Of a stretch of DNA of 64,000 nt, positions 43,101-52,738 are shown piece by piece (position 1 is the first letter of the stretch; every line of letters begins with the position of its first letter). The notes beneath the pieces are model-generated. The model worked only from the letters and a program-made list of their open reading frames with translations. It was not told the DNA's origin and did not search any database. Source of the stretch: an uncultured virus (IMG/VR IMGVR_UViG_3300020048_000108) (taxonomy: Duplodnaviria > Heunggongvirae > Uroviricota > Caudoviricetes); IMG/VR virus record IMGVR_UViG_3300020048_000108. One strand, written 5' to 3'. The translations under genes were made by a program, and so were the position numbers.

Positions 43101-46100
43101 TTACAACACCAGTCGTTATTCCAAGTCCTACAGATTCTTTTGGGTTGAAATAAAATTCTTTATTTAAATTATATTCATATGAAGTAGACGAAATTCCAAA
43201 ATTTAATTGAAGTTTTCTGGTCTTTTCTGTAAGGACAACTCCTATATTGTATGTGGTCAATCCAGAAGTTCCATTATAATTTCGAAGAACTCTAATTCTT
43301 GAGTTTAAAGAATCGATATTGAGAACTTTTATTTGTTCATTTTCAATTTGATATATATCATTTTCTTTAATGTTAGGATGCTCTAAAAATCCAGAAACAT
43401 TGAAATATGTGACAATACCAGTATATTGTGCAGATCCAATTTCATCTCTCAGGTTAAGAGAATTTGGTTGTATTGAAATATTTGAATATGTTTTATTCTC
43501 ATATGGAGTGATTATTGTTACGAGGTCATTATCTGAAAAATTGTGTGGTAGGGTTGCAAATCCAATAAAATTTCCAAAATTGCCAGTTGCAACAAATTCT
43601 ACGTTAGAAACTGAAGAACTTGCAATACTAATTTGCGATATTTCTTTGCCCTCTATTGATGATACTTTGGCACGTACATTTCTTCCACCACTATTAATAG
43701 TATCGAATACTATAGAATCTCCTACTTTATACCCATCGCCACCAAATATAGTCTGAATAGATTGTATAGATCCGGTTGTTGAACCCTTAACTTCTGATAA
43801 TTGTGGATGTAATTTGTTTGGATTTAAAATATAATCATATCCACTTTTTTCCTTGTTTAAATTGTATGGAGTTGTATTTCTTAACAATTTGGATGATTTA
43901 AAATCAAAATCATCTTGATTTGAAGATGCCGAAAAGTTAAAATCTATTGGTTTTGATCTAAAATAATTTCCAATAACATATGGAAATACTGGTGTTTTAT
44001 AATTTTTAAACGGGGAGGATGAATTTGGATCTACAATCGAACTTATAGTACAAAAATATGCATATATTCCATTTGGATATTCTGGAGTTATACAGAATCT
44101 CCCATTAAATTCGTCAAGATCTCCGATATTTTGATATTCGTAATCATCAACGAAAAACCCACTCAAATATCCTTGGGGTCTATTTTCATTTCCTATTAAT
44201 ACATAACCAGATGTCATATTTCTAATAGAACCACCAGTCCTAGGATTATCATAACCATACGGACCATAAATTGGGTTTCCATCATATGCCCATCCTAGGA
44301 TTGGAGAATGGGCAATTGAATCTTCTTCCTTAGAAGTAAATTGAAGATCTTTGCTATACACAAAAGAACCATTGTATAAACTTTTGGATAAAAGTGATTT
44401 TCTTAAATTTCTTGAAGCATATGCATGAGTATATTGCAACCCCAATTTACCAACAATACCATTATCTACAATTCCATCATCATCTGTAATATTGCCGGTT
44501 TCAATTAATCTTTCGACTAAATTTATCTTCCAAGATTTTATTTGGCAAATAAAATTAGCACCTTTTCCCGCAGAAGAAATTGTAATATTCGTTTTTTCTG
44601 AAGTGTATGAATTACCGCCAGAAATAATTTTTACGGATATGAGTGTTCCATTTGAAAGAATTGGTGTTAATATTGCACCAATACCATCTCCTTGGATATT
44701 TAAATTGGGCGGTGAATTGTATCCATAACCAGGACTATTAATTATAACATCAATAATTTCTCCATTGGATACTAATGGTGTAACTTGAGCACCAGATCCA
44801 GAATTTAATAAAAATTGTGGTTGTTTATCATAGTTGATAATTTCTTCTGATCCGTAAGAAGACCCACCATTCTCGACGAATACTGATTCAATTTGTCCTC
44901 TAAAAATTGGTTGAAGAACTGCATTGAAGTTTTGGGGATTTATTATAGATACTCCTATTCTTCCAGATATACTTACATTTATTGGTGGATAATTAAATAT
45001 GTGAGTTCCACTTCCACCAGAAGTCAAATTGATGTATTGATTTGTTTGATAATAAAAATCACCATTTTCTGTTGTGCCACCAACAGTTCCAAAACCAATT
45101 TGCGAAAGTTTGAACTTATTTTTGTCAAGTACCGTTACATAATATGAAGATGTAGATAATCCACCAATAGGAGTTGATGTTGGTGTATATGAAATTATTT
45201 CACCACTAACATATCCATGGTTTTTTATATTAACAACGTCAGCAGCAGTATCAATTCCAACACTAGTGACTGTTGTTTTTTTATTATTGTAATTAATTCC
45301 GGAATTTTCTACAAATATAGATCCTATTTTTTTCTTTTTATCTTTTGATCTTAAAGTGTGATTTCCAATTCCATAATTGCTTAAATTGATCTCATTAATT
45401 TTAGAACTAGCATCTCCATAAGACTTATGAAGTTTAACTGTATATTCATCTTGAAGAGAAATAAAGTATGAAGAATTTGTAGATAACCCGGCAATTGCTG
45501 TTCCACCATTTGTAACGTATATTACTTCTTCAACGTCTCTAAATTTGTGATAATCTGGAAAAGTAATTGTATTGTCATTCAAATCCACAAGTCCCGCGTT
45601 TACTTGTGAATTAAAATTTATAGAATAATCAAAAGATACTAATTTGGTTCTTGCAATTGCACCTGTCCCATTTCCACCTGTGATATTAATTACAGGTTCT
45701 TCTAGGTAATCAAAACCAGGATCTATAATATCAATTCTTTCCAATCCACCAATTATGGAACAATATGCAGATGCTCCAGTTCCAATATAATCGTTGATAG
45801 TTAGTATCGGTGGATTTGTGATATCATAACCAAATCCGGGAGAGGATGGTTGTACGCTTTCAATTGGACCATAATAAATATTATCTTTAGATTTATAATT
45901 GAGTAGTTCAACCCCATTTATAAAAATTCCCGTCAATCCTGGATTAGTTTCATATTTATTACTATCATTTTGTGGATCTGATAGTTTTCTTACTAATTTT
46001 TGGGGTTCTAGTAACTGAATATCCAAATTTTCGTAGCAAAAATCGCTGAATATAAATTTTCCTGAAGTTATAGTTCCGACAAAAGTTAAAAAATTGTTAG

Positions 46101-47988
46101 AATATATATTTGCCCGGCTTCTTGCTATTTTTATAGTAGTATTATTTACCTTATATACAAAATATATTCCATTGGGTATGATATCACCACTATAAACGAC
46201 AGAATCTCCAGTATAAAATCCATGAAATTTTCCAAAATTTAAATCGGTTCCGTTGAATGTACCACCAAATACGATTGATCTATCATTAATTTGTAATTGT
46301 TGGTTTAAATATGAAGGTATTGAAGGTGCAGTAACATACAGTGATTTTTCTTGGTCAGTATAAACATTTTGTACATTAGCATCATATATTGATATTGATG
46401 TATAATTCGTAGAATTTGCTTTTAAAATATTTTTTCTTACGGTATAATATAGAGAAGTATCTAATTCTCCCTGTCCCTTAATCGTAAATGAATTTTTGTT
46501 GTTGATAAAAATAACATCCGCGATTTTTTCTGCACCATCAGATGATATTAAAGTTGCAGAATCTCCAATAAAAAATATATGATCATCATAAAGATTGATC
46601 TGATACGAATATGACAAAGAATCTGCAAGTTGAATAGAAGATACCTCAAATTTTGTAGCAATATTAAATAACCAATTATTTGCCTTGTGCCCATCTAAAT
46701 CTTTTCCTAAAGTTCTTATTGATACAAGATCTCCCTTATTGTAATATTCACTCCCTGATGCTATTTCAAAATCAGATAAAACACCTGTTATTCTAACTTT
46801 GATTATATTGGATCGGTCGATTCCACTATAGGCATATGCATAAGAATCTAAAGCAACCTCTTGTCCTATAGGAATTTCTTGATCTATATTTGTACAATTA
46901 AAAAATTGTGTTATAGTTTTTGAATCGTAGTTAATTGATAATGTAGTTCCATTACTTAATTGTGCTATTAACGTTCCATTATTCGGAAATCCTATAGTGG
47001 AATCGACATCTAGAATACTAGAGTTTAACGAAACCGACGTGGTTGTTTGTGTTTTTGGATGAATTGAAAAATTTCCAAAAACCGTTCCTTGCAAATTGAT
47101 ATCTTTTGTGGAACTATAATCCAAATTTAAAATATAATAATCCTTATAACCTCGTGTTATTTTCTCTACATGAATGACGGTTCCTCTTGCACCAATAAAG
47201 AAATCTGTAGAATCTTGGTATATTGTTGTATTTTGCAATTCTAAAGGATCTCCCTCTATTGCCTCTACGATTAAATTTTTAGTAATAGAATATTGCGCAT
47301 CAGATGGTTGAATTAAAAAATCTCTTGGTTTGATAATTTCAACATCTTTTCCATACAATGCCCGGAATAAAATCTCAAATGAAGTATTTGTTCCTTTCGT
47401 TGAATAAAAATCTTTTGACTGCTTTACAAAAAGTCTTTCATCCAATCCAGAATAAAATTCTCTATCTGAAAATCCCGGATTGATTTGTTTTTTGATCTTT
47501 TTAAAAAACTCCTTTAAAAAGAGAATACTTAAATTTCGTACAATAGATCCTGAAGAGTGATCATTAGTATTTGTTTCTGTAAATACCAATTGATCGGGAT
47601 TTGTTTTGCTTTGATATGATGTTGTACCACTAAACCCACGAATGCACCCAGTAAAGGATGTTGAAGTTTTTCCTGTATATGTAATAATTTCTTCATCAAT
47701 CAATAAAAGACCATATTTATCGACAAATCCATAGGTTGACTCTACGTTAATGATAGAATCAAAAAAAGTTACATCACTACTAAGAGATGTAGAGTCTGTA
47801 AGATTGGTTAAATTGTCAATTTTTACATATTGATCAATATTTTGAAGTATGTCTGTTGTTCCTCCCAGACTCTCAAGAGACAAATAGTATTGGGTCAAAA
47901 ATTCCGAGACAAGTGGAAATTCTTCCCTTACAAACTCAGGAAGTTGTCCTTCTACTACTGAACTAATCTGAATTCTTGTTTCTTTCAT
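37126..47988 (-). CDS. gp7: Giant baseplate wedge initiator (cyanophage gp7-type)
   Basis: 3620 aa; FYSTKGT, HSPILGWAYDGNPIYGPYG, DSDYYQYFSY; many GxGY beta repeats; between gp6 and gp8. Confidence 0.8.
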   Translation of the reverse strand: MKETRIQISSVVEGQLPEFVREEFPLVSEFLTQYYLSLESLGGTTDILQNIDQYVKIDNLTNLTDSTSLSSDVTFFDSIINVESTYGFVDKYGLLLIDEEIITYTGKTSTSFTGCIRGFSGTTSYQSKTNPDQLVFTETNTNDHSSGSIVRNLSILFLKEFFKKIKKQINPGFSDREFYSGLDERLFVKQSKDFYSTKGTNTSFEILFRALYGKDVEIIKPRDFLIQPSDAQYSITKNLIVEAIEGDPLELQNTTIYQDSTDFFIGARGTVIHVEKITRGYKDYYILNLDYSSTKDINLQGTVFGNFSIHPKTQTTTSVSLNSSILDVDSTIGFPNNGTLIAQLSNGTTLSINYDSKTITQFFNCTNIDQEIPIGQEVALDSYAYAYSGIDRSNIIKVRITGVLSDFEIASGSEYYNKGDLVSIRTLGKDLDGHKANNWLFNIATKFEVSSIQLADSLSYSYQINLYDDHIFFIGDSATLISSDGAEKIADVIFINNKNSFTIKGQGELDTSLYYTVRKNILKANSTNYTSISIYDANVQNVYTDQEKSLYVTAPSIPSYLNQQLQINDRSIVFGGTFNGTDLNFGKFHGFYTGDSVVYSGDIIPNGIYFVYKVNNTTIKIARSRANIYSNNFLTFVGTITSGKFIFSDFCYENLDIQLLEPQKLVRKLSDPQNDSNKYETNPGLTGIFINGVELLNYKSKDNIYYGPIESVQPSSPGFGYDITNPPILTINDYIGTGASAYCSIIGGLERIDIIDPGFDYLEEPVINITGGNGTGAIARTKLVSFDYSINFNSQVNAGLVDLNDNTITFPDYHKFRDVEEVIYVTNGGTAIAGLSTNSSYFISLQDEYTVKLHKSYGDASSKINEINLSNYGIGNHTLRSKDKKKKIGSIFVENSGINYNNKKTTVTSVGIDTAADVVNIKNHGYVSGEIISYTPTSTPIGGLSTSSYYVTVLDKNKFKLSQIGFGTVGGTTENGDFYYQTNQYINLTSGGSGTHIFNYPPINVSISGRIGVSIINPQNFNAVLQPIFRGQIESVFVENGGSSYGSEEIINYDKQPQFLLNSGSGAQVTPLVSNGEIIDVIINSPGYGYNSPPNLNIQGDGIGAILTPILSNGTLISVKIISGGNSYTSEKTNITISSAGKGANFICQIKSWKINLVERLIETGNITDDDGIVDNGIVGKLGLQYTHAYASRNLRKSLLSKSLYNGSFVYSKDLQFTSKEEDSIAHSPILGWAYDGNPIYGPYGYDNPRTGGSIRNMTSGYVLIGNENRPQGYLSGFFVDDYEYQNIGDLDEFNGRFCITPEYPNGIYAYFCTISSIVDPNSSSPFKNYKTPVFPYVIGNYFRSKPIDFNFSASSNQDDFDFKSSKLLRNTTPYNLNKEKSGYDYILNPNKLHPQLSEVKGSTTGSIQSIQTIFGGDGYKVGDSIVFDTINSGGRNVRAKVSSIEGKEISQISIASSSVSNVEFVATGNFGNFIGFATLPHNFSDNDLVTIITPYENKTYSNISIQPNSLNLRDEIGSAQYTGIVTYFNVSGFLEHPNIKENDIYQIENEQIKVLNIDSLNSRIRVLRNYNGTSGLTTYNIGVVLTEKTRKLQLNFGISSTSYEYNLNKEFYFNPKESVGLGITTGVVSTIYFSNPGAGITYINIPSQTIYLPNHKLNTGDSLSYSSNGGNVLSISTNGVSNSFLLNDSIVYVAKISNDLIGISTLQVGLGSTGTFSGIGTISTGLLYFTGIGTGVYHSFVTNYSNTLIGQVSKNIVTVSTSSTTGLSVGDSVIVDIKSGISTTVVISYNDYNRRLVTNPKSFASIDVDIQNGTIKINNHRYTQGQKIIHKSSSPSGGLLNEKIYYIIVIDSDTIKLSETLYSTKKPIPTTVNITSSSFGTIFEINPPINAIKNQTIIFDVSDSSLSFNQNSISYSAFDLNFYTDSKFKNKFDSTSSNSYFEIVRSGFVGISSDAKIVLALNENVPKKLYYRLEPINIQNNTIGKKEIIVDDEQVNHNQLNVVDSAYNGSYRINAISTTGFNYNILQYAEKTSYSFSEGDLKYYTNSSSAYGPIHSIDVTSKGNDFISLPTISSIKTQSGNGAILKTIGVGIGSVIKKEILDIGFDYSSDYTIRPIAKLPTIVKVDPFYSFESIGITSSGKDYYISPDLVVLDGFTDKIVSDIILNYQLGSSQVEILKNTKGIYNVTPRIIPINNSNGVGISSIVFDSVSKNVTATLSVGYSTSTSFPFAVGDRVLIENVSVGGGSTERGYNSDRYNYTLFTLISTDPNIGGNNGTVTYNMTDYLSGDEVPGISDPINSSGRIIPEKYFPKFNPILRTNIFYDGETISSNSSNSKGIVQRLDINSEYLKIATKDVFDIGDILTGNSSFTQGVVIDILSSAECIYDVDSFSISRNGWKKETGFLSNNLQRIHDSDYYQYFSYSLKSEIPIDTWIKPVNDLNHTVGFKKFSDLIIESNNISIGIQTSQDGGDFTAITDLYGFVDLNYVNDYDLARETTINIDNNIKSNEIIFNSLNLQDYIQSVGNRVLTIDDISEEFGTKRSFVLNHRGRPIFETIFNGSDVDVVNTSDNIISIPNHFFVTGEEVTYTYSSTGTTNAIGIATTSIPGIGVTDKLPSTVYIVKSSDIYVKVAASASESLRTIPSVLNISNAGIGTLHKFTSNNQNSKLLITIDNSIQSPIVSTSTTTLTSSGIGTTSSNVDFVNIVAFFAGDLIQISNEIMRINSIGVGTFTNRVDVQRSWMGTAIATHALGSLVKKVIGDYNVVGNTLNFVDAPYGPTPIGTSTNPPDQRDYLGISTYSSFNGRVFLRSAISDSQNKSYYNNYVFDDLSSEFVGLNTQFTLKSNKSNVVGFSTNNAVILINDIFQGPSKFGSVVDYSLVENSGITSITFTGFSSVSVPYDINTKNIPRGGIIVSVGSTSGFGYQPLVAAGGTAVVSTSGTISSISIGNSGSGYRVGVQTMVRVGVTTLGVGEIDIQFIGTAAVSDGRIVSVAITNPGIGYTRSNPPLVIFDSPLSYFNIPLIYSSSSSTGVGTEATVDIIVGQGSSVINFEIKNSGYSYNQGEILTIRTGGTVGIPTNTSLAFKEFRIVVDRTFSDKFTGWSFGDLQVLDPIDSLFDGSKIIFPIKIDKKQTSIQIKKGSNIDIKSNLLVFINDILQVPGKGYFFNGGSTIIFSEAPKFGDRSKLLFYKGTSDVDTVNIDIFETIKVGDNVKINGDSDLLQENERLVTQIISSDVINTNLYSGPGITNDPNLLRPLLWRKQTEDRIIDGQSTTKDREIYEAIIQPSTTLIQNVGISTTVLFVESVKTFFNSTNELNSNNDKIKIISQNSVVSASATSIVASDGTIDSIAILHGGSGYSTPPAVSIASPIGYGISVPMTSYAQGDPIPVGLGTIATFTSSISIGGTVSSVFVVNAGSGYTSSNPPLVIIEPPTPNTEIISKVTYQGDFGMITGIKTTTVGVASTGIVFDLYIPQDSFLRDTTIVGTSVTVSGIQTGYYFIIHNSNVGNGVTSLNFGGSIVGVGSTFLDNIYNVSAVSIAQTTVPGVGTTYVAKVTVSVSGYNGLTGIGSSGLYGEYSWGRISAQYRTNPQTFTIYNNGILGISTSPIVQRYNPLKYQNYIT

Positions 47989-47989
47989 T

Positions 47990-49900
47990 TTATAATCTTA
48001 CGAGTTCTCCGTTTGTATAGCTTGATGTGACCAAATAAGTTGTTCCAGATGTATCAGAACCTGAAGAAATTACATCTGATAACATAGTTATACTACTATT
48101 ACTAGTATCTAGTTGTAAATACAAATCCTGCAATCCAATCACATCATTTGATTTTGGAATTGCTGAAATTTGAATAGTTGCATTCCCATCAACAAATTTT
48201 AAAGATGAGATGATTTTTACTGGATTTAATTTAATTTCACCTTTCTCATAATCAATAACACCAACATTTTTTCTTACTATTGATGGTTCAGTAGTAGAAT
48301 TTAATTTGAAGAAAAAGATACTTCCAAATTTTCCATTTGCATTGGGAATATCTGAAAGATATATTGTATCGAATATTCCACTTATAGTAAATCCGGATGA
48401 TTTGATATTATAACCAAGGGCATTTTTAATATGAAATTCATTTCCATAACATATCTCATAGTCGGCAAACTTATTTAATGCAGGTCTCAAATCACGTCTC
48501 ATCAATACTTTCGTGATGTTAGAAGTAATGGATACGTCACTGTCATCAATAATTTTTAAAAATTTACTATATTTGAATCTTGCACCAAATTTATTCAATT
48601 CTGTAGAATCTGCATATTGATTAATATTTGAAGAAACAATTGATTTTACATAATCTGGACTTATGGAAGAATTTGTATTATAATAAACTGTTGATGAGAT
48701 TTCAATATAAAGATACTTCAGATCTAAAAATTCTGGAACAATACCAGCAACAGTATATTTTCTAAGTTTGGATTGTAGATTGATCTTGATTGGTTCTGGA
48801 ACATATGGTCCATTAAAAGGTTTTATTGATATAAAAACCTTTCCATACCTAGGTGGAACCAAATCTTCGCCCCCAAATACAGAAACTGATTCTGTTTCTG
48901 GATAAATTTTTGGAATAATTGCTTCATAATCAGATGAAGTTACTGCACGATTCTGAGCAGAATAAATTTGTGGAGCATACTTTTTAATAGAATCTATGGA
49001 TTCAATTTCCTTTCCACTTTGAGAAGAGGTATTAGTTGTAACCAACGAAATTCCACTTGCTATCACTCTTGCATTATTGTCAATCAGTCTTCCATTGAAG
49101 GAAAAACTTGATATATTATTTCCATATATGCCGTTTGTGACAATATATGACACCTCAATATAATTCGTGTTTTCTAATTTTTGACCAAATACTCCGTCTC
49201 CAAAAATTAACTCATATCTTTGATCTTCAATCTCCTGAATAAAGAAAACTCTTGAATCCGAAGTAACATCAAATAAACTATTGGATAATATAAATTTTCT
49301 AGACGTTGTACTTTCTTCAGTATTTCTAACTTTTGTTGAAATTAAAGAAGTGTCGATATTTGCATTTTCTAAAATAAATTTCTGATTTGGATTATTCGAA
49401 TCGACAGTAAAGTTTGTAGTTAAAAATGTTCCTTCATAGATATCAATACCATCAAAAAGTGCAATTCCATTAACTACTGGAACAGTAATATCCTCCGTAA
49501 TAGCAAAAGAAAAACTTTGACTACCAAAAGAAGAACTTGTGGTGCTTACAGTTCCTTTTTTGAGAGTTAATGTTAGAGGTTTTATTGAGAGATCTGTAGT
49601 ATCAACAAAGAAAGAAATATTTGCACGAGATGCAGTTCTTGATCTTGGGACATATCCAATATTTCTTGCAAGAGAAACAACATTCTCTCTTAATGTTGCA
49701 CCATCAATAAAAACCTCATTGCTAATCATATTAGCATTATATGAGGAAATATATGTATTATAAGCAAGCACATCAATTAATACTGATAGATTAGATCCTT
49801 CAAAATCATAATCAGTAAAATTTGAATTCGATCGAAGGTATTCCTTGATCGAAATTTTAATTTGATCGAAATCTAGATTTGTAAAATTGACTAATGCCAT
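47990..49900 (-). CDS. gp6: Baseplate wedge subunit
   Basis: FTDYDFEGSNLS, AQNRAVTSSDY. Confidence 0.94.
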   Translation of the reverse strand: MALVNFTNLDFDQIKISIKEYLRSNSNFTDYDFEGSNLSVLIDVLAYNTYISSYNANMISNEVFIDGATLRENVVSLARNIGYVPRSRTASRANISFFVDTTDLSIKPLTLTLKKGTVSTTSSSFGSQSFSFAITEDITVPVVNGIALFDGIDIYEGTFLTTNFTVDSNNPNQKFILENANIDTSLISTKVRNTEESTTSRKFILSNSLFDVTSDSRVFFIQEIEDQRYELIFGDGVFGQKLENTNYIEVSYIVTNGIYGNNISSFSFNGRLIDNNARVIASGISLVTTNTSSQSGKEIESIDSIKKYAPQIYSAQNRAVTSSDYEAIIPKIYPETESVSVFGGEDLVPPRYGKVFISIKPFNGPYVPEPIKINLQSKLRKYTVAGIVPEFLDLKYLYIEISSTVYYNTNSSISPDYVKSIVSSNINQYADSTELNKFGARFKYSKFLKIIDDSDVSITSNITKVLMRRDLRPALNKFADYEICYGNEFHIKNALGYNIKSSGFTISGIFDTIYLSDIPNANGKFGSIFFFKLNSTTEPSIVRKNVGVIDYEKGEIKLNPVKIISSLKFVDGNATIQISAIPKSNDVIGLQDLYLQLDTSNSSITMLSDVISSGSDTSGTTYLVTSSYTNGELVRL

Positions 49901-50302
49901 TTATCGTGTTGGATGTAATGCGAATGATAACTGCTGCGGTAATACATCAATTCCTACAATATTATAAGTAATAGTTGCATAAAATTCATTATTATCATAA
50001 TTTGGGGATACATCAACACTTATTAAATCAACTCTTGGTTCGTAAATATCAATAGTGCTTTTAATCTCATCCTTTAATATAGATGCTGTAATTTCATCTA
50101 TATTTTCAAAAAGTAATTTGGAGACTCCAGATCCAAGGCTTGGATTGAAAAATCTTTCCCCTCTTAATGTAAAAATAAGATTTCTTATAGAACGGGAAAT
50201 TGCAGTTTCATTTTTGACCGCAATAATATCGTAATTCAGGGGATTGACCTGAAAAGACATACTTAAATCTTTGAAACCTTTACTTACCCGTTCTACAGGC
50301 AT
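49901..50302 (-). CDS. gp25: Baseplate wedge subunit (GPW/gp25 family)
   Basis: GERFFNPSLGS, YEPRV. Confidence 0.92.
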   Translation of the reverse strand: MPVERVSKGFKDLSMSFQVNPLNYDIIAVKNETAISRSIRNLIFTLRGERFFNPSLGSGVSKLLFENIDEITASILKDEIKSTIDIYEPRVDLISVDVSPNYDNNEFYATITYNIVGIDVLPQQLSFALHPTR

Positions 50303-50338
50303 AAAAAAATTATAAATCTATCTTATTTATCACTGTTT

Positions 50339-50563
50339 TTACATCCCATAAATTGGTTCAGTGCCATAGTTCCAGTCATCATAATCTTCATCGTTACGGA
50401 TTCTTTCATGTATTTCATTTTGAATATGGAAATCGTGTTTTTTTGGCGTAAGGTCATCGTTTGAAATTTCACGAAGCATTTTTTGCTTATTCAATTTAGT
50501 ATCATTAACATTTTCCCACATTTCATAATCATATTTTGCGGTTTTGTTAATTTGATTGGTCAT
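50339..50563 (-). CDS. Hypothetical protein
   Basis: 74 aa ORF with GGAG RBS. Confidence 0.6.
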   Translation of the reverse strand: MTNQINKTAKYDYEMWENVNDTKLNKQKMLREISNDDLTPKKHDFHIQNEIHERIRNDEDYDDWNYGTEPIYGM

Positions 50564-50605
50564 TTATCTCTCCTGATTGTAGAATCAGAACTTTTTACGG
50601 GGTTT

Positions 50606-50821
50606 CTATCCCGTTTTTTCAATTGTTGAAATATCTTTTCTACTGAATGTATAATTTTTTTGAATACGAATATCAGAATTGCGAAAAGTCCAACATTCAC
50701 CACTACTATCTAGAAACACTACCCATTCGAGATCATGTTCTTGAGATCGATCGATACAAAAAAATGCCCAACCATTACCTTTTGGAGTAATGACCGGGAT
50801 TGTGGGATTTAATTGAAACAT
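50606..50821 (-). CDS. Hypothetical protein
   Basis: 71 aa ORF, co-oriented and tightly packed. Confidence 0.65.
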   Translation of the reverse strand: MFQLNPTIPVITPKGNGWAFFCIDRSQEHDLEWVVFLDSSGECWTFRNSDIRIQKNYTFSRKDISTIEKTG

Positions 50822-50838
50822 AAGAATTTATAGGATAA

Positions 50839-50982
50839 TTATTTTCCTTGACCCCTATATTTTTTCTTGCGACCATTGCTAGAAGTTGCACTCAGTAAAG
50901 TACGAGCAGATCTTCCTTGCCTTGTTTTCTTTGGTGCTCCTGATTCAAACAAAGTTTTATTCGTACCACCATTCTTTGCCAT
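50839..50982 (-). CDS. Small basic conserved phage protein (47 aa)
   Basis: Manual translation MAKNGG...PKKTRQG...KKKYRGQGK; GGAGG RBS. Confidence 0.7.
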   Translation of the reverse strand: MAKNGGTNKTLFESGAPKKTRQGRSARTLLSATSSNGRKKKYRGQGK

Positions 50983-51135
50983 TTAAATTTCCTCCAATTG
51001 AATTTCATTAGGATCAACATTTTCCCCCGAGTAAAAACGCTCAGAGAATTCTTGAATAATCTCACCACAATCTTCTGCAGTGAGATTAGAGTAAATTTTA
51101 CGACCTTCGTATAAAAGATTGTAAGATTTTTTCAT
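50983..51135 (-). CDS. Small acidic hypothetical protein (50 aa)
   Basis: Manual translation MKKSYNLLYEGRKIYSNLTAEDCGEIIQEFSERFYSGENVDPNEIQLEEI. Confidence 0.65.
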   Translation of the reverse strand: MKKSYNLLYEGRKIYSNLTAEDCGEIIQEFSERFYSGENVDPNEIQLEEI

Positions 51136-51142
51136 TATACTA

Positions 51143-51910
51143 TCAGATTATGCGAGTTTTTTCATGACCCACACGAACTCTAGGATCGCACCAGATCTCA
51201 AATCCAGCATCCTTTGCATCCAAACAGAAAGATACATCTTCTCCACACATGTCTTGCACATTCCCAGATTCAAAAACTTGCATCTTCGGAGCAAACCAAG
51301 GGTATTCGAGATTTTCAAACACACCCTTTTTAATCAGAACCCAACCAAAACCAGTATAATCAACTGTGAAAGGTTTGCGACGTTTTGAGATACTCTCCAC
51401 AGTTTCGTGATTCATCACACCACCGTTCTTACGGAAATCATCTTCTTCTAACCAATGAGCCACTGAGGTCGTGTGCCCGTCTTCTGTTGCATACCATCCA
51501 GCACTAACTTCACGTTCCGTTCCATCTTCTGCCAGTGCAAGATCGCACAATTGCCAGAATTTATTTGAGTCAAACACAATATCACTATCAATCCATAGTT
51601 GATAGTCGTAAGTTAACTTTCCATCCCATGGAATTTGTTTTGGTCCACGAAGTACATTTGCTCCCAGACATTTACATCGGGCAAAGTTGACCATAGAAGA
51701 ATAGTCTTGAGAAATTTGAATACTCATTCCATTCTGCACTAGATCAAAACAAAGTTGAACAAATGCCTTCAGAAAGATAAATGAGCATCCCCTACCAGGA
51801 AGGCAGAAGACAATCGATTTTCCTCTCATTCTTTCTTTAATTAAATCGTAATTCCACTCTTCGGTGGATACTCTTGGTGCTGCGGCCTTAACAGTGAATC
51901 CTTTTGCCAT
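51143..51910 (-). CDS. Glycosyltransferase-like protein (GT-A fold)
   Basis: DxD motif WIDSDIVF, GFGWVLI, GEDVSFC, VGHEK; late promoter TATAAATA at 51946-51953. Confidence 0.75.
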   Translation of the reverse strand: MAKGFTVKAAAPRVSTEEWNYDLIKERMRGKSIVFCLPGRGCSFIFLKAFVQLCFDLVQNGMSIQISQDYSSMVNFARCKCLGANVLRGPKQIPWDGKLTYDYQLWIDSDIVFDSNKFWQLCDLALAEDGTEREVSAGWYATEDGHTTSVAHWLEEDDFRKNGGVMNHETVESISKRRKPFTVDYTGFGWVLIKKGVFENLEYPWFAPKMQVFESGNVQDMCGEDVSFCLDAKDAGFEIWCDPRVRVGHEKTRII

Positions 51911-51975
51911 AACTTTAATTAATGTTCAGATCAATTTTATCCGTTTATTTATACTTTGTCAATGAGAATAAATTC

Positions 51976-52155
51976 CTAATCTCTGTTCACTAACAGTTCT
52001 TCGAATGATAGGTCATCTACAGTATAATCAGTCTTCATAAGACCAACCATATTTTTGAGAGTATTCCAAGTTGTTTTAAAATCCTCTTCTTTTATACAGT
52101 GAAATAAACACTGATCCTTTGCATATATGTGATATATTTTTTCATTTGCAGGCAT
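51976..52155 (-). CDS. Hypothetical protein
   Basis: MPANEKIYHIYAKD... (ATG at 52155). Confidence 0.6.
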   Translation of the reverse strand: MPANEKIYHIYAKDQCLFHCIKEEDFKTTWNTLKNMVGLMKTDYTVDDLSFEELLVNRD

Positions 52156-52187
52156 AGAAATATTGGGGAAAATTTTTTCTTTCACTT

Positions 52188-52340
52188 TTATTTTGTCACT
52201 GCATTATATATCACCACAACACAAAATCCCAGTGCAATTAAAAATGGGCGAGGGTATCTTATCATCCATCCTGCAAGAACAACCTTCCAAAAACTCCAAT
52301 ATGGTTTCTGAATTGTGCGGAGGTTTTTGTAGGGTCTCAT
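52188..52340 (-). CDS. Small membrane protein (50 aa)
   Basis: Manual translation MRPYKNLRTIQKPYWSFWKVVLAGWMIRYPRPFLIALGFCVVVIYNAVTK. Confidence 0.6.
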   Translation of the reverse strand: MRPYKNLRTIQKPYWSFWKVVLAGWMIRYPRPFLIALGFCVVVIYNAVTK

Positions 52341-52738
52341 AGGTCCGGAGAATTTTTAAGTTTTAACCACTTCCCATTCGTCCCGTGCGGTGGGCATATC
52401 CAATTTTCTTTTCTATTAATCCATCTCAAATTATTAACACTATTATTTTTTTTATCTCCGTTAATATGATCAACTTCTGATAAATTTTTGGGGTTTTGTA
52501 TCAGTGTTTCTGCAATTAATCTGTGAGTATAATATTTGATTTGTTTTAAAGTTTTTTCGTTTTCGTCCTTTAATGAAATATTAACAGACATGTATCTATC
52601 TTTGGGATTTACTCCACCTCTTGGATGTTGATTTATTTCAATTAACTCTAAAGTCTTATCGCGTTTTATTGGTTCTCTGAATACTCTACCGTCTTCAGTT
52701 ACCCAGTATCCTTTGAACCTTGTGGGATGCTTTTTCAT
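52337..52738 (-). CDS. Free-standing HNH homing endonuclease
   Basis: YWVTEDGRVF, THRLIAETLI, VDHINGDKKNNSVNNLRW. Confidence 0.88.
   Translation of the reverse strand: MKKHPTRFKGYWVTEDGRVFREPIKRDKTLELIEINQHPRGGVNPKDRYMSVNISLKDENEKTLKQIKYYTHRLIAETLIQNPKNLSEVDHINGDKKNNSVNNLRWINRKENWICPPHGTNGKWLKLKNSPDL

Noticed and set aside
27712..47988. Inteins, introns or diversity-generating repeats in the giant structural genes
   Set aside because: No splice motifs, reverse transcriptase or nucleotide-level template/variable repeat pair was seen; the repetition is degenerate GxGY beta-strand modules.
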